Positions 10,737 through 20,286 of a stretch of DNA of 64,000 bases are shown here, one piece after another. Each line of letters starts with the position of its first letter. Positions within the stretch are counted from its first letter, which is position 1. Source of the DNA: a bacterium (lineage in GTDB: Bacteria; Hinthialibacterota; Hinthialibacteria; Hinthialibacterales; Hinthialibacteraceae). The translations under genes were made by a program, and so were the position numbers. The notes under the pieces were generated by a model. It did not search any database. It was given only the letters and a program-made list of their open reading frames with translations, and was not told the DNA's origin. The stretch covers positions 1 through 64,000 of the forward strand of contig CAXXSM010000042.1 of the NCBI GenBank assembly GCA_963663405.2, given 5' to 3'.

Positions 10737-12611
10737 TTGGAGATTGATTCCTCAATCAACCGGCGAGGTGTATCTTTGTCCACAACTGAGCGAAATGTAC
10801 TCCAATCCAATCTCTCCCTTCTCAAACAATTCTCTCCAGGCCTCATTGAGCGGATTCAAGATTGTGAATCAGTTCCCTGTTCCAATACTACCGATCAAAC
10901 GCTTCCTGATGAACATTATTTAAAAGAGAAGCAAACATTCTCCGATACCATTCCAGATCGATACACATTTGTTTTTGGAATAGGGGCTGGAGAGTGGCTT
11001 TTCAACTGGCTGCAGAATAGATCCAAACCGCCGCAACGGTTGATCGTTTTTGAACCTTCTCCCCAAACCTTTCTCAATCTAATACGGAGCCAGGATCTAC
11101 ACGGTTTTATCGATTTTTCATATGTCCGGCTATTTGTTGGTGATGAACTTGAACGATTGGAAGCGTTGTTGCGAGATGATCTGATACAGATTGGAACGTG
11201 GGGATTGACGATTTATACAAACAAAGAAGCGCGGGATCAACACACTGGAATCTATGATCGATCGAGCCAATTGCTTTTCTATTTGGAACGATTGGCGTAT
11301 GAAAACATCCGCGTTCAGAATGCCCGTGGTTTCTTTATTCAAGCGAATCTTCTCCGTAATCTACCTTTTATGATTCGTTCGCAATCTTTGGATGTCTTTG
11401 AAAACGCGCTTATCGGTGTTCCCGCGATTGTCGTAGGAGCCGGACCTTCCTTGAACAAGAATATCGATCGCTTGAAGAATGTTCCCACGGGTGTTTTGTT
11501 GGTTGCGGTGGATACAGCGCTGCGCCCCCTTCGGCAGCGTGGGATTCAACCGGACATCATCGTGACCTGCGATCCGATGAAAATCAATCTCCGGCATTTC
11601 GAAGGGATTCCCAGCTTAGGGGATTCGATCCTTGCGTATTTACCGGAGAGTCATCCAGAAATTCTAGAGCGGTTCGGCGGCGCGCATCTTCTCTGTCTCC
11701 ACGATTTTGAGTCGAAAACGCTCGAATATCTAGCTGACTCGTTTCACACCCGGTCCCGCTTCCGGCGGGGGATGAATGTAGGATATTGCGCGTTTTCACT
11801 GGCGCGGCAGATGGGATGTTCTCCGATTATCTTAGCGGGATTAGATTTGGCGATTGGAGACGGGAGCCGGTCTCATGCGGAAGGAACTGGGAATGTATCC
11901 GATGTGGTTCTGAGTGATGACGGTGAAACAGCTCGTCTGAAGGGGAATATTGAATCAGGCGATATACCCATGATTCAAGTCGAGGGATATGATGGGGGAT
12001 GGGTTAGAACGTTTCCATATTTTTATACGTATCTCCTTCTATTTGAACGTGATATAACTGATATGGAGATCCCTGTCATTGACGCGTCGGAAGGGGGGGC
12101 CAGAAAACGGGGAGCCGTACAAAAATCCCTTGACGCGGCGCTTGAGGACTGTATCCCTTTCCCTTCGTTTACCAACCGGATTGATGAATTGCGTAAAGCG
12201 AAAATACTTTCATGTTCGCAAACGGCTTTGGAAAAGCTCACTAAGATGCGCAGTAAGATTGAGGAAGCGGCGCGGGAATTGGATGCGGGATTGAAGCGTC
12301 TTGAACAATGGATTAAGACCATGATGGAGGGCGCTCCTGAACCGGATGAGATCAAGAGGATCGTAGAGATGTTCCAGCGCCGGTGGGATGAAATGTTATA
12401 TTCACAGGGATTAAGCCGCGCGATCGATCTAGGATTGGCGCGATTTCGATATGAAACCCGGCGCGCGGATGGACCGGAAAATGTGATAGTCAAGGAATGG
12501 GCGGTGTGGCGTCTCCATCAATATTCGAAGTGGTTCAAGGCGTTGCGGAAAGATTTAGTGTTCTTCCTTCAGATTTACACATATCTTCAGAAGTCGATGA
12601 ATTCGTCTTGA
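10737..12611 (+). CDS. Motility-associated factor (Maf)-like / MptE-like (DUF115) protein, putative glycosyltransferase
   Basis: FVFGIGAG, AIVVGAGPSLNKNI, AVDTAL, GCSPIILAGLDLA and IDASEGGA motifs. Start position uncertain. Confidence 0.85.
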   Translation: MEIDSSINRRGVSLSTTERNVLQSNLSLLKQFSPGLIERIQDCESVPCSNTTDQTLPDEHYLKEKQTFSDTIPDRYTFVFGIGAGEWLFNWLQNRSKPPQRLIVFEPSPQTFLNLIRSQDLHGFIDFSYVRLFVGDELERLEALLRDDLIQIGTWGLTIYTNKEARDQHTGIYDRSSQLLFYLERLAYENIRVQNARGFFIQANLLRNLPFMIRSQSLDVFENALIGVPAIVVGAGPSLNKNIDRLKNVPTGVLLVAVDTALRPLRQRGIQPDIIVTCDPMKINLRHFEGIPSLGDSILAYLPESHPEILERFGGAHLLCLHDFESKTLEYLADSFHTRSRFRRGMNVGYCAFSLARQMGCSPIILAGLDLAIGDGSRSHAEGTGNVSDVVLSDDGETARLKGNIESGDIPMIQVEGYDGGWVRTFPYFYTYLLLFERDITDMEIPVIDASEGGARKRGAVQKSLDAALEDCIPFPSFTNRIDELRKAKILSCSQTALEKLTKMRSKIEEAARELDAGLKRLEQWIKTMMEGAPEPDEIKRIVEMFQRRWDEMLYSQGLSRAIDLGLARFRYETRRADGPENVIVKEWAVWRLHQYSKWFKALRKDLVFFLQIYTYLQKSMNSS

Positions 12612-12635
12612 CTTCTTTCCTGGTTTTGAGATAAT
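12608..12635 (+). promoter_or_regulatory. Putative sigma70 promoter of the tRNA
   Basis: TTGACT-16nt-GATAAT, 12 nt upstream of the tRNA. Confidence 0.5.
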
Positions 12636-12647
12636 AGTAAAAGGTTA

Positions 12648-12721
12648 GGGCGATTAGCTCAGTTGGTTAGAGCGCCAGTATCACAAACTGGAGGCCACTG
12701 GTTCAAATCCAGTATCGCCCA
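12648..12721 (+). tRNA. tRNA-Val (anticodon CAC), CCA not encoded
   Basis: GGGCGAT/ATCGCCC acceptor stem, AGCTCAGTTGGTTAGAGC D-arm, CCAGT-ATCACAA-ACTGG anticodon arm, GGTTCAAATCC T-arm. Confidence 0.96.
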
Positions 12722-12885
12722 TTTCTTTTTTTTATATGAAAATGAATTTCCGACACTTACTCGTCCAAGATGACTCCCGTAATTCATTTTCATTTGCAGT
12801 TGTGATCTCAATCATGATGATTTATTTGTTATCCTCGAAAAGTGAAGGCCACATTCTTATGTGCGAGCTCGTGTGAGTTCTGTTT

Positions 12886-14250
12886 ATGGCCCAATCGAAT
12901 TCGTTTGCCACTCACTATCAAAAAGGGTTGGAATTCTATCAGGGCGGTCATTACGAAGAAGCCCTCTCCTGTCTCAAAAAAGCCATCATCCTACAAGTTG
13001 ACTTTTTCGACGCATATTATCTCATCGCTCGTATCTACGAAGAGTTGGATCAGTATGACGACGCGCTGTCCATGTACAAAAAAGTGTTGGATTTGATTCC
13101 TAATGACTTGGAGGTTCTTTGTAATTACGGAAAAATACTTCTTAAGGCGGGAGCCGCTGGAAAAGGAATCCGTGTTCTAAAAAAGGTCATTCGAAGGAAT
13201 AAGAAAGAGACCAACGCCCGTTTGGCTTTGGCCCGTTTTTATTTCCGGAAAGGGAAATTTAGCAAGGCGTTATCTTTGATGGATACGGGCATCAAAGCCG
13301 CGCCCGAATGCGCGGAATTCTATTCCTTGGCGGGAGATATCCTAAGGCGTCAGAAAAAAAACGCGAGGGCCCAACAGTATTACGAGAACTGCCTTGAAGT
13401 GGATCCAAACTTCGAACCGGCCAAACGAGGAATCAGCGCCGTTTACCGGGCGATGGAGAACAACAACGGTTACGACAGCCACACATATAAGAAAGAGGCA
13501 AAGGCGGAACTGATCGATGTAGCGGAATTATATTCTGCAGGTGAATACGACCGGGCGATTATCCGTTTATTGGATTTGAAAGATCAACCCGGCGTCGAGC
13601 GGGAAGCGTCCATGTTATTGGGGATGACCTTTGTGCGCAAAGGATTGTTCAAACGCGCCCGTGACGTTCTATTGTCATTTGCGCGGGAACATTCCCCTGA
13701 TCTTTTAGTTTTATACAACTTGGGATTGGCTTCTAACCGCATGGGGCGATATGAAGAAGCGGTCCACTATCTCAGCGGCGCGTTGGAGCAGGATGAAGAA
13801 TATCCCGAAGCGTTGATCGAAATGGGAATGGCCTGCCAGATGACCGGTGACAGGGCTTCAGCGAAATACTGTCTCGTCCAGGCGTTGAAGATTGACCGCG
13901 CCGATCCCCGTCCATTCGCGTATCTCGCCCGGTTGGCGTACGACCTCGGTGATCAGACCAAAGCGATGGAATTTCTCCGCCATGCCATTAAAATGGACTC
14001 GTCTTTGCCTGAAGTGACGCTCATCATCGGATATATCGCTATCCATGAAGGTAATTTCGAAAAAGCTGTTAAAAACCTAAAACGATGCTTAAATCAATCC
14101 CCCGATCATTTTGAAGCGCATAAGCTGATGGGTCAGGCGCTGATGGAACTTGGGGATTTATCCGCGGCGGCGGACGCGTATCGCTTCGCCGCCGCGCTCA
14201 ACCCAGCCGATCCGGAATGCGCTCAATTTCTAGTCGAGTACGCCGAGTAA
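12886..14250 (+). CDS. Tetratricopeptide repeat protein
   Basis: Repeated TPR consensus (e.g. YNLGLASNRMGRYEEAVHYL). Confidence 0.9.
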   Translation: MAQSNSFATHYQKGLEFYQGGHYEEALSCLKKAIILQVDFFDAYYLIARIYEELDQYDDALSMYKKVLDLIPNDLEVLCNYGKILLKAGAAGKGIRVLKKVIRRNKKETNARLALARFYFRKGKFSKALSLMDTGIKAAPECAEFYSLAGDILRRQKKNARAQQYYENCLEVDPNFEPAKRGISAVYRAMENNNGYDSHTYKKEAKAELIDVAELYSAGEYDRAIIRLLDLKDQPGVEREASMLLGMTFVRKGLFKRARDVLLSFAREHSPDLLVLYNLGLASNRMGRYEEAVHYLSGALEQDEEYPEALIEMGMACQMTGDRASAKYCLVQALKIDRADPRPFAYLARLAYDLGDQTKAMEFLRHAIKMDSSLPEVTLIIGYIAIHEGNFEKAVKNLKRCLNQSPDHFEAHKLMGQALMELGDLSAAADAYRFAAALNPADPECAQFLVEYAE

Positions 14251-14258
14251 ACAACCAT

Positions 14259-14900
14259 ATGAATATTGAAGGTATAAACATCGAAATCAATCCACAATTA
14301 TTTATCCGTTTAGCGATGGGATTGGGACTGCTTGCGTTTGGATGGACGCTTTTCCGGTTTGGCGTCAACGCGGTCGGTTTTTGTGTCGGGTATATGTTTG
14401 GTTCGACCGCGTATCCAATGGTATTGCAGTTAGTCGCGCAGTTGGAGCCGGATTGGTTGCGGTTTTTCCCGCAACATGAGCTGGCCCCTTACGTCGCGGG
14501 GGCGATTTTTGGAGTGATGGGGATCTTTTTCGCCCGAAGTGTATATCGTTTGACGATTTTTGTCGGTGTCTTATCCGGCTCTCTCTATTTAATGTATGCG
14601 ACTCCGCAGAGAGATTACGTCAATCAAATTTTCGAGTGGTTTGGAGTATTAGAGAAGTTGAATGAAACGATGGGGGACGCCTGGCCCGCCGCGCTCTGTT
14701 TGATCGTGTCCGCGCTGGTTCTTTTATCGCAGAAAGTGATAATTATAGTGCTGACCTCATGTATGGGGGCCTTTGTGTTGGCGGAATCAATCAACGTGCC
14801 CGTTCTCTTCCTGCCGTTGTGTATCATTGGATTTTTCTTGCAGAAAACGCAAAAGAGAACGCCGAAGAAAGTCAAGAAAGCAGAAGAGGATGAGGAATAA
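14259..14900 (+). CDS. Integral membrane protein (DUF4203/TMEM198-like)
   Basis: Multiple Gly-rich TM segments (GLGLLAFGWTLFR, GFCVG) and a basic/acidic tail. Confidence 0.7.
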   Translation: MNIEGINIEINPQLFIRLAMGLGLLAFGWTLFRFGVNAVGFCVGYMFGSTAYPMVLQLVAQLEPDWLRFFPQHELAPYVAGAIFGVMGIFFARSVYRLTIFVGVLSGSLYLMYATPQRDYVNQIFEWFGVLEKLNETMGDAWPAALCLIVSALVLLSQKVIIIVLTSCMGAFVLAESINVPVLFLPLCIIGFFLQKTQKRTPKKVKKAEEDEE

Positions 14901-14913
14901 AATTCCTCATCCT
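14887..14913. terminator. Hairpin between convergent genes
   Basis: AGGATGAGGAAT-AAA-ATTCCTCATCCT, perfect 12-bp stem. Confidence 0.6.
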
Positions 14914-14922
14914 AATTCCCTC

Positions 14923-15543
14923 TTAGTCTGAATAATCGCTCGCTCGTAAAATATCCCCCGAGCTCAGTAGACCGTTTGAAGAGCTATATCTCATATAACG
15001 GAACGTAATCGAGTATCCATCCACCGAAAAACCTCCAGGCAAATCCCATTTCACTTTGTTTGCCCCTGGATATTCAAAAACGGGGTTGGAATCGTCAGAA
15101 AAACTAGGGCCGGCGCTGGCGACAAGCCATCGTGTCGCTTGACCATTCGCATTACCGCCCCGGTCCCATTCCGGTCCCCAATCCGGTTCGGTTCCGAAAG
15201 TGTAATGACTCTGTGTGCTCCCCCAGTCATCCGCCACAGCCATGGGATTCGTGTAAAATGGATCTCGTGGCAACGATCCGATGTAGGCGGTGGGGTGCGT
15301 CAGGCGGTACAATCCCGCATGCAGGGGCACATCTGAATCGTGGTGATTCTCCGTATACGTGTTCCAATCCAGACGGTACATTTCCTGGGCCTGCCCCATT
15401 GCCTGCATGTCTGATTTCACTTTCGCGACTTTGGCGCGGGTTTGCGCGTTGAGAAAGTTGGGCACGGCGATTGCGGCAAGAATCCCGATGATAGCGACTA
15501 CAATCAACAATTCGATAAGCGTAAAACCTTTCGATCTCATCAT
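14923..15543 (-). CDS. Prepilin-type N-terminal cleavage/methylation domain protein (GspG/pilin-like)
   Basis: KGFTLIELLIVVAIIGILAAIAVPNF, LPRDPF, C-terminal YSSSNGLLSSGDILR. Confidence 0.92.
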   Translation of the reverse strand: MMRSKGFTLIELLIVVAIIGILAAIAVPNFLNAQTRAKVAKVKSDMQAMGQAQEMYRLDWNTYTENHHDSDVPLHAGLYRLTHPTAYIGSLPRDPFYTNPMAVADDWGSTQSHYTFGTEPDWGPEWDRGGNANGQATRWLVASAGPSFSDDSNPVFEYPGANKVKWDLPGGFSVDGYSITFRYMRYSSSNGLLSSGDILRASDYSD

Positions 15544-15615
15544 TGTTTCTCCTAAATCTTTTGATCGTGTATAACCGAACCTTTAATACACAATACAGTA
15601 TTCATTAATTTTTTG

Positions 15616-15648
15616 CAAGAAAGAAGCGGCGAATTTTCGCCGCTTCTT
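15616..15648 (-). terminator. Intrinsic terminator after the 925-aa gene
   Basis: AAGAAGCGGCGAA/TTCGCCGCTTCTT inverted repeat. Confidence 0.65.
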
Positions 15649-15731
15649 GAAGATAAATTCTTTGTTTTCAGTGTTATATAACAGTTGGATCTTCCGCTTA
15701 ACCGCTATGCTGACTGAAATCGGAACCCAGA

Positions 15732-18509
15732 TTATTCCTGCGCGGGGACTTGGATGAGAATATTCTCTTGTCCGGGCAGAATACCTGCCATCTCGACAAC
15801 GGGTTGAGATTTATTCTGAAACATCCCCGTCCCTTTGGCGTAGACTTTGATTGTATGTTCGACACCAGGCCGCAGCCCAACGAACCAGAACTGTCCGTCT
15901 TGATTACTGTGATCAAGTCCGGAGGATTTATCGGCTGCGCTGGCGGTCGCCCAGACTTCCAAGCCGGAGAGCGGCTTGCCTTCCTTATCGATGACGCGGC
16001 CTTTCAAAAAACTGGCTCTTGTCAGTTCAATATCAAAATTCAGAATTTTCTGATCTTCAGGCATCTCTAACTCATAAAACTCAGCGCAGTAATCCTGTCC
16101 TTTTGTCGTATCTGACGAATACATCCCAGGCGAGACCTGCAGTTGGATTTTTCCTGGTTTAAGCCATTCAATCTTGTATGTACCATCTTCATTGACGGTA
16201 CCGCTTGTTGAATTTTGATCCTGTTGAACGAATAGCGAGAGCATCGCAGGGAGATTCCCGTCATCGGTAGTGATTTTACCGGTTAATGTATGGCCGGTGT
16301 CCGCGCTTTTTAATTGAATGTGGATATCTTGTACGTTCTCACCAGGGCTGTATCGCACCGTTGTGTTCCCCTTCGCGGCAATGTCTTTCCCAAATAAGGA
16401 TGGGCCTTTTAGGCCTCCACTCATTGTTGTTCCACCTGCCATTCCCATGCCGTAGGAGCCCATTCCGCCGGGTAGCGGCTTCTTAGGGCGCAAAACAATC
16501 GCTGTTAACAGTTCTTCAACCGGTTCTTCTTGGGCGGCGGTGATAATGGAGAAGCCGAACTGTCCGTTTTCATCCGTGATATTGGATTCTACATAGCCAT
16601 AATGACCTTCGCCGAGAATTACTTCCGCTCCTGCCGCTGGGAAGCCATCCGAATTGATAACAGTACCGGAAAAGAATGTGCTAACGCCCGGTACAACGGG
16701 GAATTCGATATGATTCAGATCCTGATCCGTGACTTTTATCTCAACACATCGGCCATATTTGAACGTGTCATTCACCACTTTCCCTTTGGGATGGACGAAA
16801 CCGGTGTACGTATCAAGTGTCAATATCGGATCGATCGAGTATTCGCCTGGGATTACCTTTTCAAATTGAAAACTGCCATCGACGGCGGATTGAACGGTCC
16901 CGTAATCTCCATATTCCCCAAAGGAACGACTATTACGGAATAAGTTGAGATGAAATCCTGGAACCGGCTCTCTTGTATCGGTTCTGATTACACGGCCGGA
17001 GATTGTATACGCTTCGTCGACATCATATTCGACATCAATCAAGTGTTTCTGGTCTTCCAATGTAAATGTGAGTGTTTTTGTGGGGAAACCACTTTCCGCT
17101 GGTGGAGTGACCTGTAATTTATATTGCCCAAACGGTGTATTCTTGAAAGAGGCTCTTCCTTCTTCATCAGTTTCGCCCATAAATAGGGCGTTTTTTCCAT
17201 CGGTGGATTTCAATGTCAGATCGACGTTTGGAATCGCGGCGAGCTGACGTATATTGATGCCGGATTTTTTTACGGTGACATGGACAACGCCATTTTCAAA
17301 AAGAAGCAGATTCGCGCCGCCACACGCAGGATGAATGACGGTGACAGGACTTTGAAGATTGCCCACCCTTGCTTGTATGTAATATGTTCCGGCTGGAAGG
17401 TTCTCGAAACGGCAAAGACCAGCCGCGTCCGTTGTTTTCGTGGCGATGATCTCACCTCGAGAAGAGTAATTGGATTTTCGTAACATATAGTAGAAGCGTT
17501 TCCCATTCCTATCGAATTCAATCCTGGATTCGTATAGATTGGATGGCGCTTCCAGCTTCTCCCGCGCGGTCAATTCATCCCAGATACGAAGCCGGCGCGA
17601 GTTTTGCACATTTTCAGGCGCGCGGCTGCTATTATTTTCCGCGAGTGGTTGATCGTTAGGCTTAATCATGCAATCCCACAGACCCGCGACATGATCGCCC
17701 GTTTTCGGTGGACCATAGGTGGAATCATTTGGTAGAATTGATTGCGTGAATTCTGATTGGCTGACGAGTATGTCATTCTCTTCAGGTTGGAACGTTACTT
17801 TTTTCTTTCCTTCGAGAATTCCATCCAATTGGAGCGTCACGCTATTGGAAACAGGCCGTTTGACGGATGGGCCTTTCCAGAGGATAAATTCTATCACTTC
17901 CCCACCAGGATTTTTTTCTTCCCACTTAGAACCGGGCGCTTGTACCTTACATTCAAATGTACAGAGATATTCCATCGTGATTTCGATGGCTCCATCAGCG
18001 GGGATCGTGACGGTTTGTTCCACTTCGTCATAACCGTCCGCCTTCGCTTTGAGGGTATAATCCCCAGCAGACAGACCGGATATATTCGCTTCTCCATTGG
18101 AGAATTCAATACTTTTCTCTCCAATCGTAAGGTTTCCCTCTGAGATGGGATCTCCCAGCGCGTCGACGATGGAAAACGCGCAGGAATAACTCTCCTGATT
18201 GGCCATAGCGATCGGCGCGGTTGTTGGCTGCGCCGGAACGGGTGTGTTGTCTGCCTCCGGAGCGTTGGATTGTGTCTGTTTGGCAGTTTTCATAGCGATA
18301 TTGGATTCGTTAACCGACGCTTGATCCCCAGCCGTAATCAATTCACTGCGTGAACCGTCTGCGGATGTAACACGGACAGATCCCTCATCCACATTCACAA
18401 TTAATTCTTCCGGAACGCCGGGAGGCGCGCCGTCGTTTCCTAAATACATCGACGCCAAGACGGAAATAGCCGTCAGGCAGAGAATGGTGACAACAATTTT
18501 TATACGCAT
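15732..18509 (-). CDS. Large exported protein with carboxypeptidase-regulatory-like (prealbumin-fold) repeats and an N-terminal FecR C-terminal segment
   Basis: Signal/anchor aa 1-23, then LIVNVDEGSVRV...LITAGDQASV. Repeated TDxxGxFxF and ISGRVI motifs. Confidence 0.8.
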   Translation of the reverse strand: MRIKIVVTILCLTAISVLASMYLGNDGAPPGVPEELIVNVDEGSVRVTSADGSRSELITAGDQASVNESNIAMKTAKQTQSNAPEADNTPVPAQPTTAPIAMANQESYSCAFSIVDALGDPISEGNLTIGEKSIEFSNGEANISGLSAGDYTLKAKADGYDEVEQTVTIPADGAIEITMEYLCTFECKVQAPGSKWEEKNPGGEVIEFILWKGPSVKRPVSNSVTLQLDGILEGKKKVTFQPEENDILVSQSEFTQSILPNDSTYGPPKTGDHVAGLWDCMIKPNDQPLAENNSSRAPENVQNSRRLRIWDELTAREKLEAPSNLYESRIEFDRNGKRFYYMLRKSNYSSRGEIIATKTTDAAGLCRFENLPAGTYYIQARVGNLQSPVTVIHPACGGANLLLFENGVVHVTVKKSGINIRQLAAIPNVDLTLKSTDGKNALFMGETDEEGRASFKNTPFGQYKLQVTPPAESGFPTKTLTFTLEDQKHLIDVEYDVDEAYTISGRVIRTDTREPVPGFHLNLFRNSRSFGEYGDYGTVQSAVDGSFQFEKVIPGEYSIDPILTLDTYTGFVHPKGKVVNDTFKYGRCVEIKVTDQDLNHIEFPVVPGVSTFFSGTVINSDGFPAAGAEVILGEGHYGYVESNITDENGQFGFSIITAAQEEPVEELLTAIVLRPKKPLPGGMGSYGMGMAGGTTMSGGLKGPSLFGKDIAAKGNTTVRYSPGENVQDIHIQLKSADTGHTLTGKITTDDGNLPAMLSLFVQQDQNSTSGTVNEDGTYKIEWLKPGKIQLQVSPGMYSSDTTKGQDYCAEFYELEMPEDQKILNFDIELTRASFLKGRVIDKEGKPLSGLEVWATASAADKSSGLDHSNQDGQFWFVGLRPGVEHTIKVYAKGTGMFQNKSQPVVEMAGILPGQENILIQVPAQE

Positions 18510-18540
18510 GATTATTTCCTTTTCTTTTTAATAGAACTGA

Positions 18541-19218
18541 CTATGGATTCGATCGCCGGACGGTCACATGAAAGACCGTTCCGGTGACGTCGATTTGTCC
18601 CAGCGGCGTTTTGACTGATAGGGTGGAGTCCTGGATGGACGCCGCCTGGACGGCGATAGATCCGGATCGGAGATCAATACAACGATCTTGCCCAAACCGA
18701 ACCGAGAGTTGGGTCTCCGGAGAACAACTTATAATCGAGCCGTCAGAAAGACACATGTCCGCCGATACCTCGTCAGGCACGGTTACGAAACGGCCTCGCT
18801 GAAGGCGGTATTCCCATAACATGGCGGGAGAGATTTCTTTCCCCGATTCATTCGCTTGGAACGATAAGCGTTCAATGGGTGGAACTTCGGGAAAGAGTGT
18901 GTTCGTATAGGTCTGGTAAATCCCCATCCCGCCGGCGTATAAGAGAAGAAAACAGATCGCGCCGAATACAGGCGCCGGCAGCCAATCCATCGCGTAATTG
19001 ATGGTGTAAAACCAGTTCTTGCGTGGATTCAATTGCGCGTTGAATCGCTCTTTTATCCGCCGCATGTTGACTGGAGGCACACGGAGCGATTGCAGCCCGC
19101 GCTGGATGTGACGGCACTCTTCGAACGCGCTTTCTTCCCCGCCGCTACCAGGTGTGGCGCCTTGGCCGAATTTCCTGGCCCCGTTCCGCTTTTCTCGATC
19201 TGAAAACGTATCGTTCAT
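18541..19218 (-). CDS. FecR-domain anti-sigma factor, C-terminally short
   Basis: N-terminal cytoplasmic segment, TM, then LSDGSIIS...RCIDLRSG...VKTPLGQIDVTGTVFHV and stop. ATGA overlap with the sigma gene. Confidence 0.85.
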   Translation of the reverse strand: MNDTFSDREKRNGARKFGQGATPGSGGEESAFEECRHIQRGLQSLRVPPVNMRRIKERFNAQLNPRKNWFYTINYAMDWLPAPVFGAICFLLLYAGGMGIYQTYTNTLFPEVPPIERLSFQANESGKEISPAMLWEYRLQRGRFVTVPDEVSADMCLSDGSIISCSPETQLSVRFGQDRCIDLRSGSIAVQAASIQDSTLSVKTPLGQIDVTGTVFHVTVRRSNP

Positions 19219-19784
19219 GATTGATCCAATAAATAAGGTACGAGTAGTATTCGCATTTTTTTCCGCGCCCGGTATAAGTGCGTTTTGACGCAGTCTGTCG
19301 ATAGATTGAGCGCGGCGGCGATCACCTGATGGGATTCACCGTTCAATTCACTTAACACGAGAATCGTTCGCTGCGCGTCTGATAATTTGGCTAATGATTC
19401 TTCGAAGGCGGTTTGGAATCGGTCTTCATCAAGCGCGCGATCCGGGGAATGGAAGGTCCTCATGTGGCTGTGGCGCTGGATTTCAGTGTCATCGATCGAA
19501 CGGAAATCGACTCGTTTACGCAATTGATCGATACATAAATTACGAGCTGTCTGCATAAGAAATCCCTTGATGGAGCCGTTCGATTTCCGGAACCGTCCTT
19601 TTTTAACGGTTTGAATCAGCCTTAATAGAACTTCCTGAAATGTATCCTCAGCCTCCTGCCGGTCCCACAAGAGCCCGTAACACAACCGCAGCACGTCGTC
19701 CGCATACCAAGCGGTTATGTCGTCGAAACAAGCTGGATCGCCCTGGAGCATCCGTTTGATTAAACCGGTGGGACCGTCTTTCAT
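19215..19784 (-). CDS. ECF RNA polymerase sigma-70 factor
   Basis: AEDTFQEV, ARNLCIDQLR and region-4 VKTHLYRARKK. ATG 19784 follows an AAGGTG RBS (alternative GTG at 19793). Confidence 0.93.
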   Translation of the reverse strand: MKDGPTGLIKRMLQGDPACFDDITAWYADDVLRLCYGLLWDRQEAEDTFQEVLLRLIQTVKKGRFRKSNGSIKGFLMQTARNLCIDQLRKRVDFRSIDDTEIQRHSHMRTFHSPDRALDEDRFQTAFEESLAKLSDAQRTILVLSELNGESHQVIAAALNLSTDCVKTHLYRARKKMRILLVPYLLDQS

Positions 19785-19808
19785 CGAGTTCACCTTTCGT
19801 TATTTCTA

Positions 19809-19834
19809 TACGTGATTTCAACGTTGAGGTGACA
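19809..19834 (-). promoter_or_regulatory. Putative ECF-type autoregulatory promoter
   Basis: TGTCAC-16nt-CGTA just upstream of the ECF gene; resembles ECF consensus such as TGAAAC-N16-CGTA. Confidence 0.5.
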
Positions 19835-20091
19835 GGTGGGTGGAGTTTTTTTATTATAAAAGGGTGAGAGATAAGACGAGTAGATCAATGCACAATACTA
19901 TTCAGTCATACCTTATTTAGTTATTCATGAGTAAGATATTTATATTATTGAAAAGGAGGAACCTTGTAATTTGCAAGTTTAACTTTCAAATTGCAAGGTA
20001 GAAGCGGCTTCAAAAAGATGCGTTTTCAACCTTTTACCTCAAACCATTTAGAATTCTTGATCTCGCAATCACTTTTCACAGGCGCACAAAG

Positions 20092-20118
20092 AAAAAAGCC
20101 GTTTCCATAGGAAACGGC
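20092..20118 (-). terminator. Intrinsic terminator
   Basis: GCCGTTTCC-TAT-GGAAACGGC followed by T6 on the minus strand. Confidence 0.75.
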
Positions 20119-20280
20119 CTTTTACGGCGTCTTTACCTCCCCAACTACTGTTTCGCGGTTCCCACAATACCGTCCTGCTCTAGTTTAGCTTTTCGCAGCC
20201 TCTCTCCTTCTGAACAAGAAGTGAATCCTAGATAAATCCGATTCGACGCCGTTGACAAAGAACTCATTGAATAATAACAC
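20092..20280 (-). ncRNA. Candidate structured ncRNA / riboswitch-like leader, unassigned family
   Basis: Lies between a sigma70 promoter and an intrinsic terminator. 8-bp closing helix ACGGCGTC/GACGCCGT (20245-20252 with 20124-20131) encloses several small hairpins. Confidence 0.45.
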
Positions 20281-20286
20281 AAATGC

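Noticed and set aside
12648-12721. tRNA-Val as an island integration site
   Set aside because: No duplicated tRNA 3' end or integrase was seen in the window.
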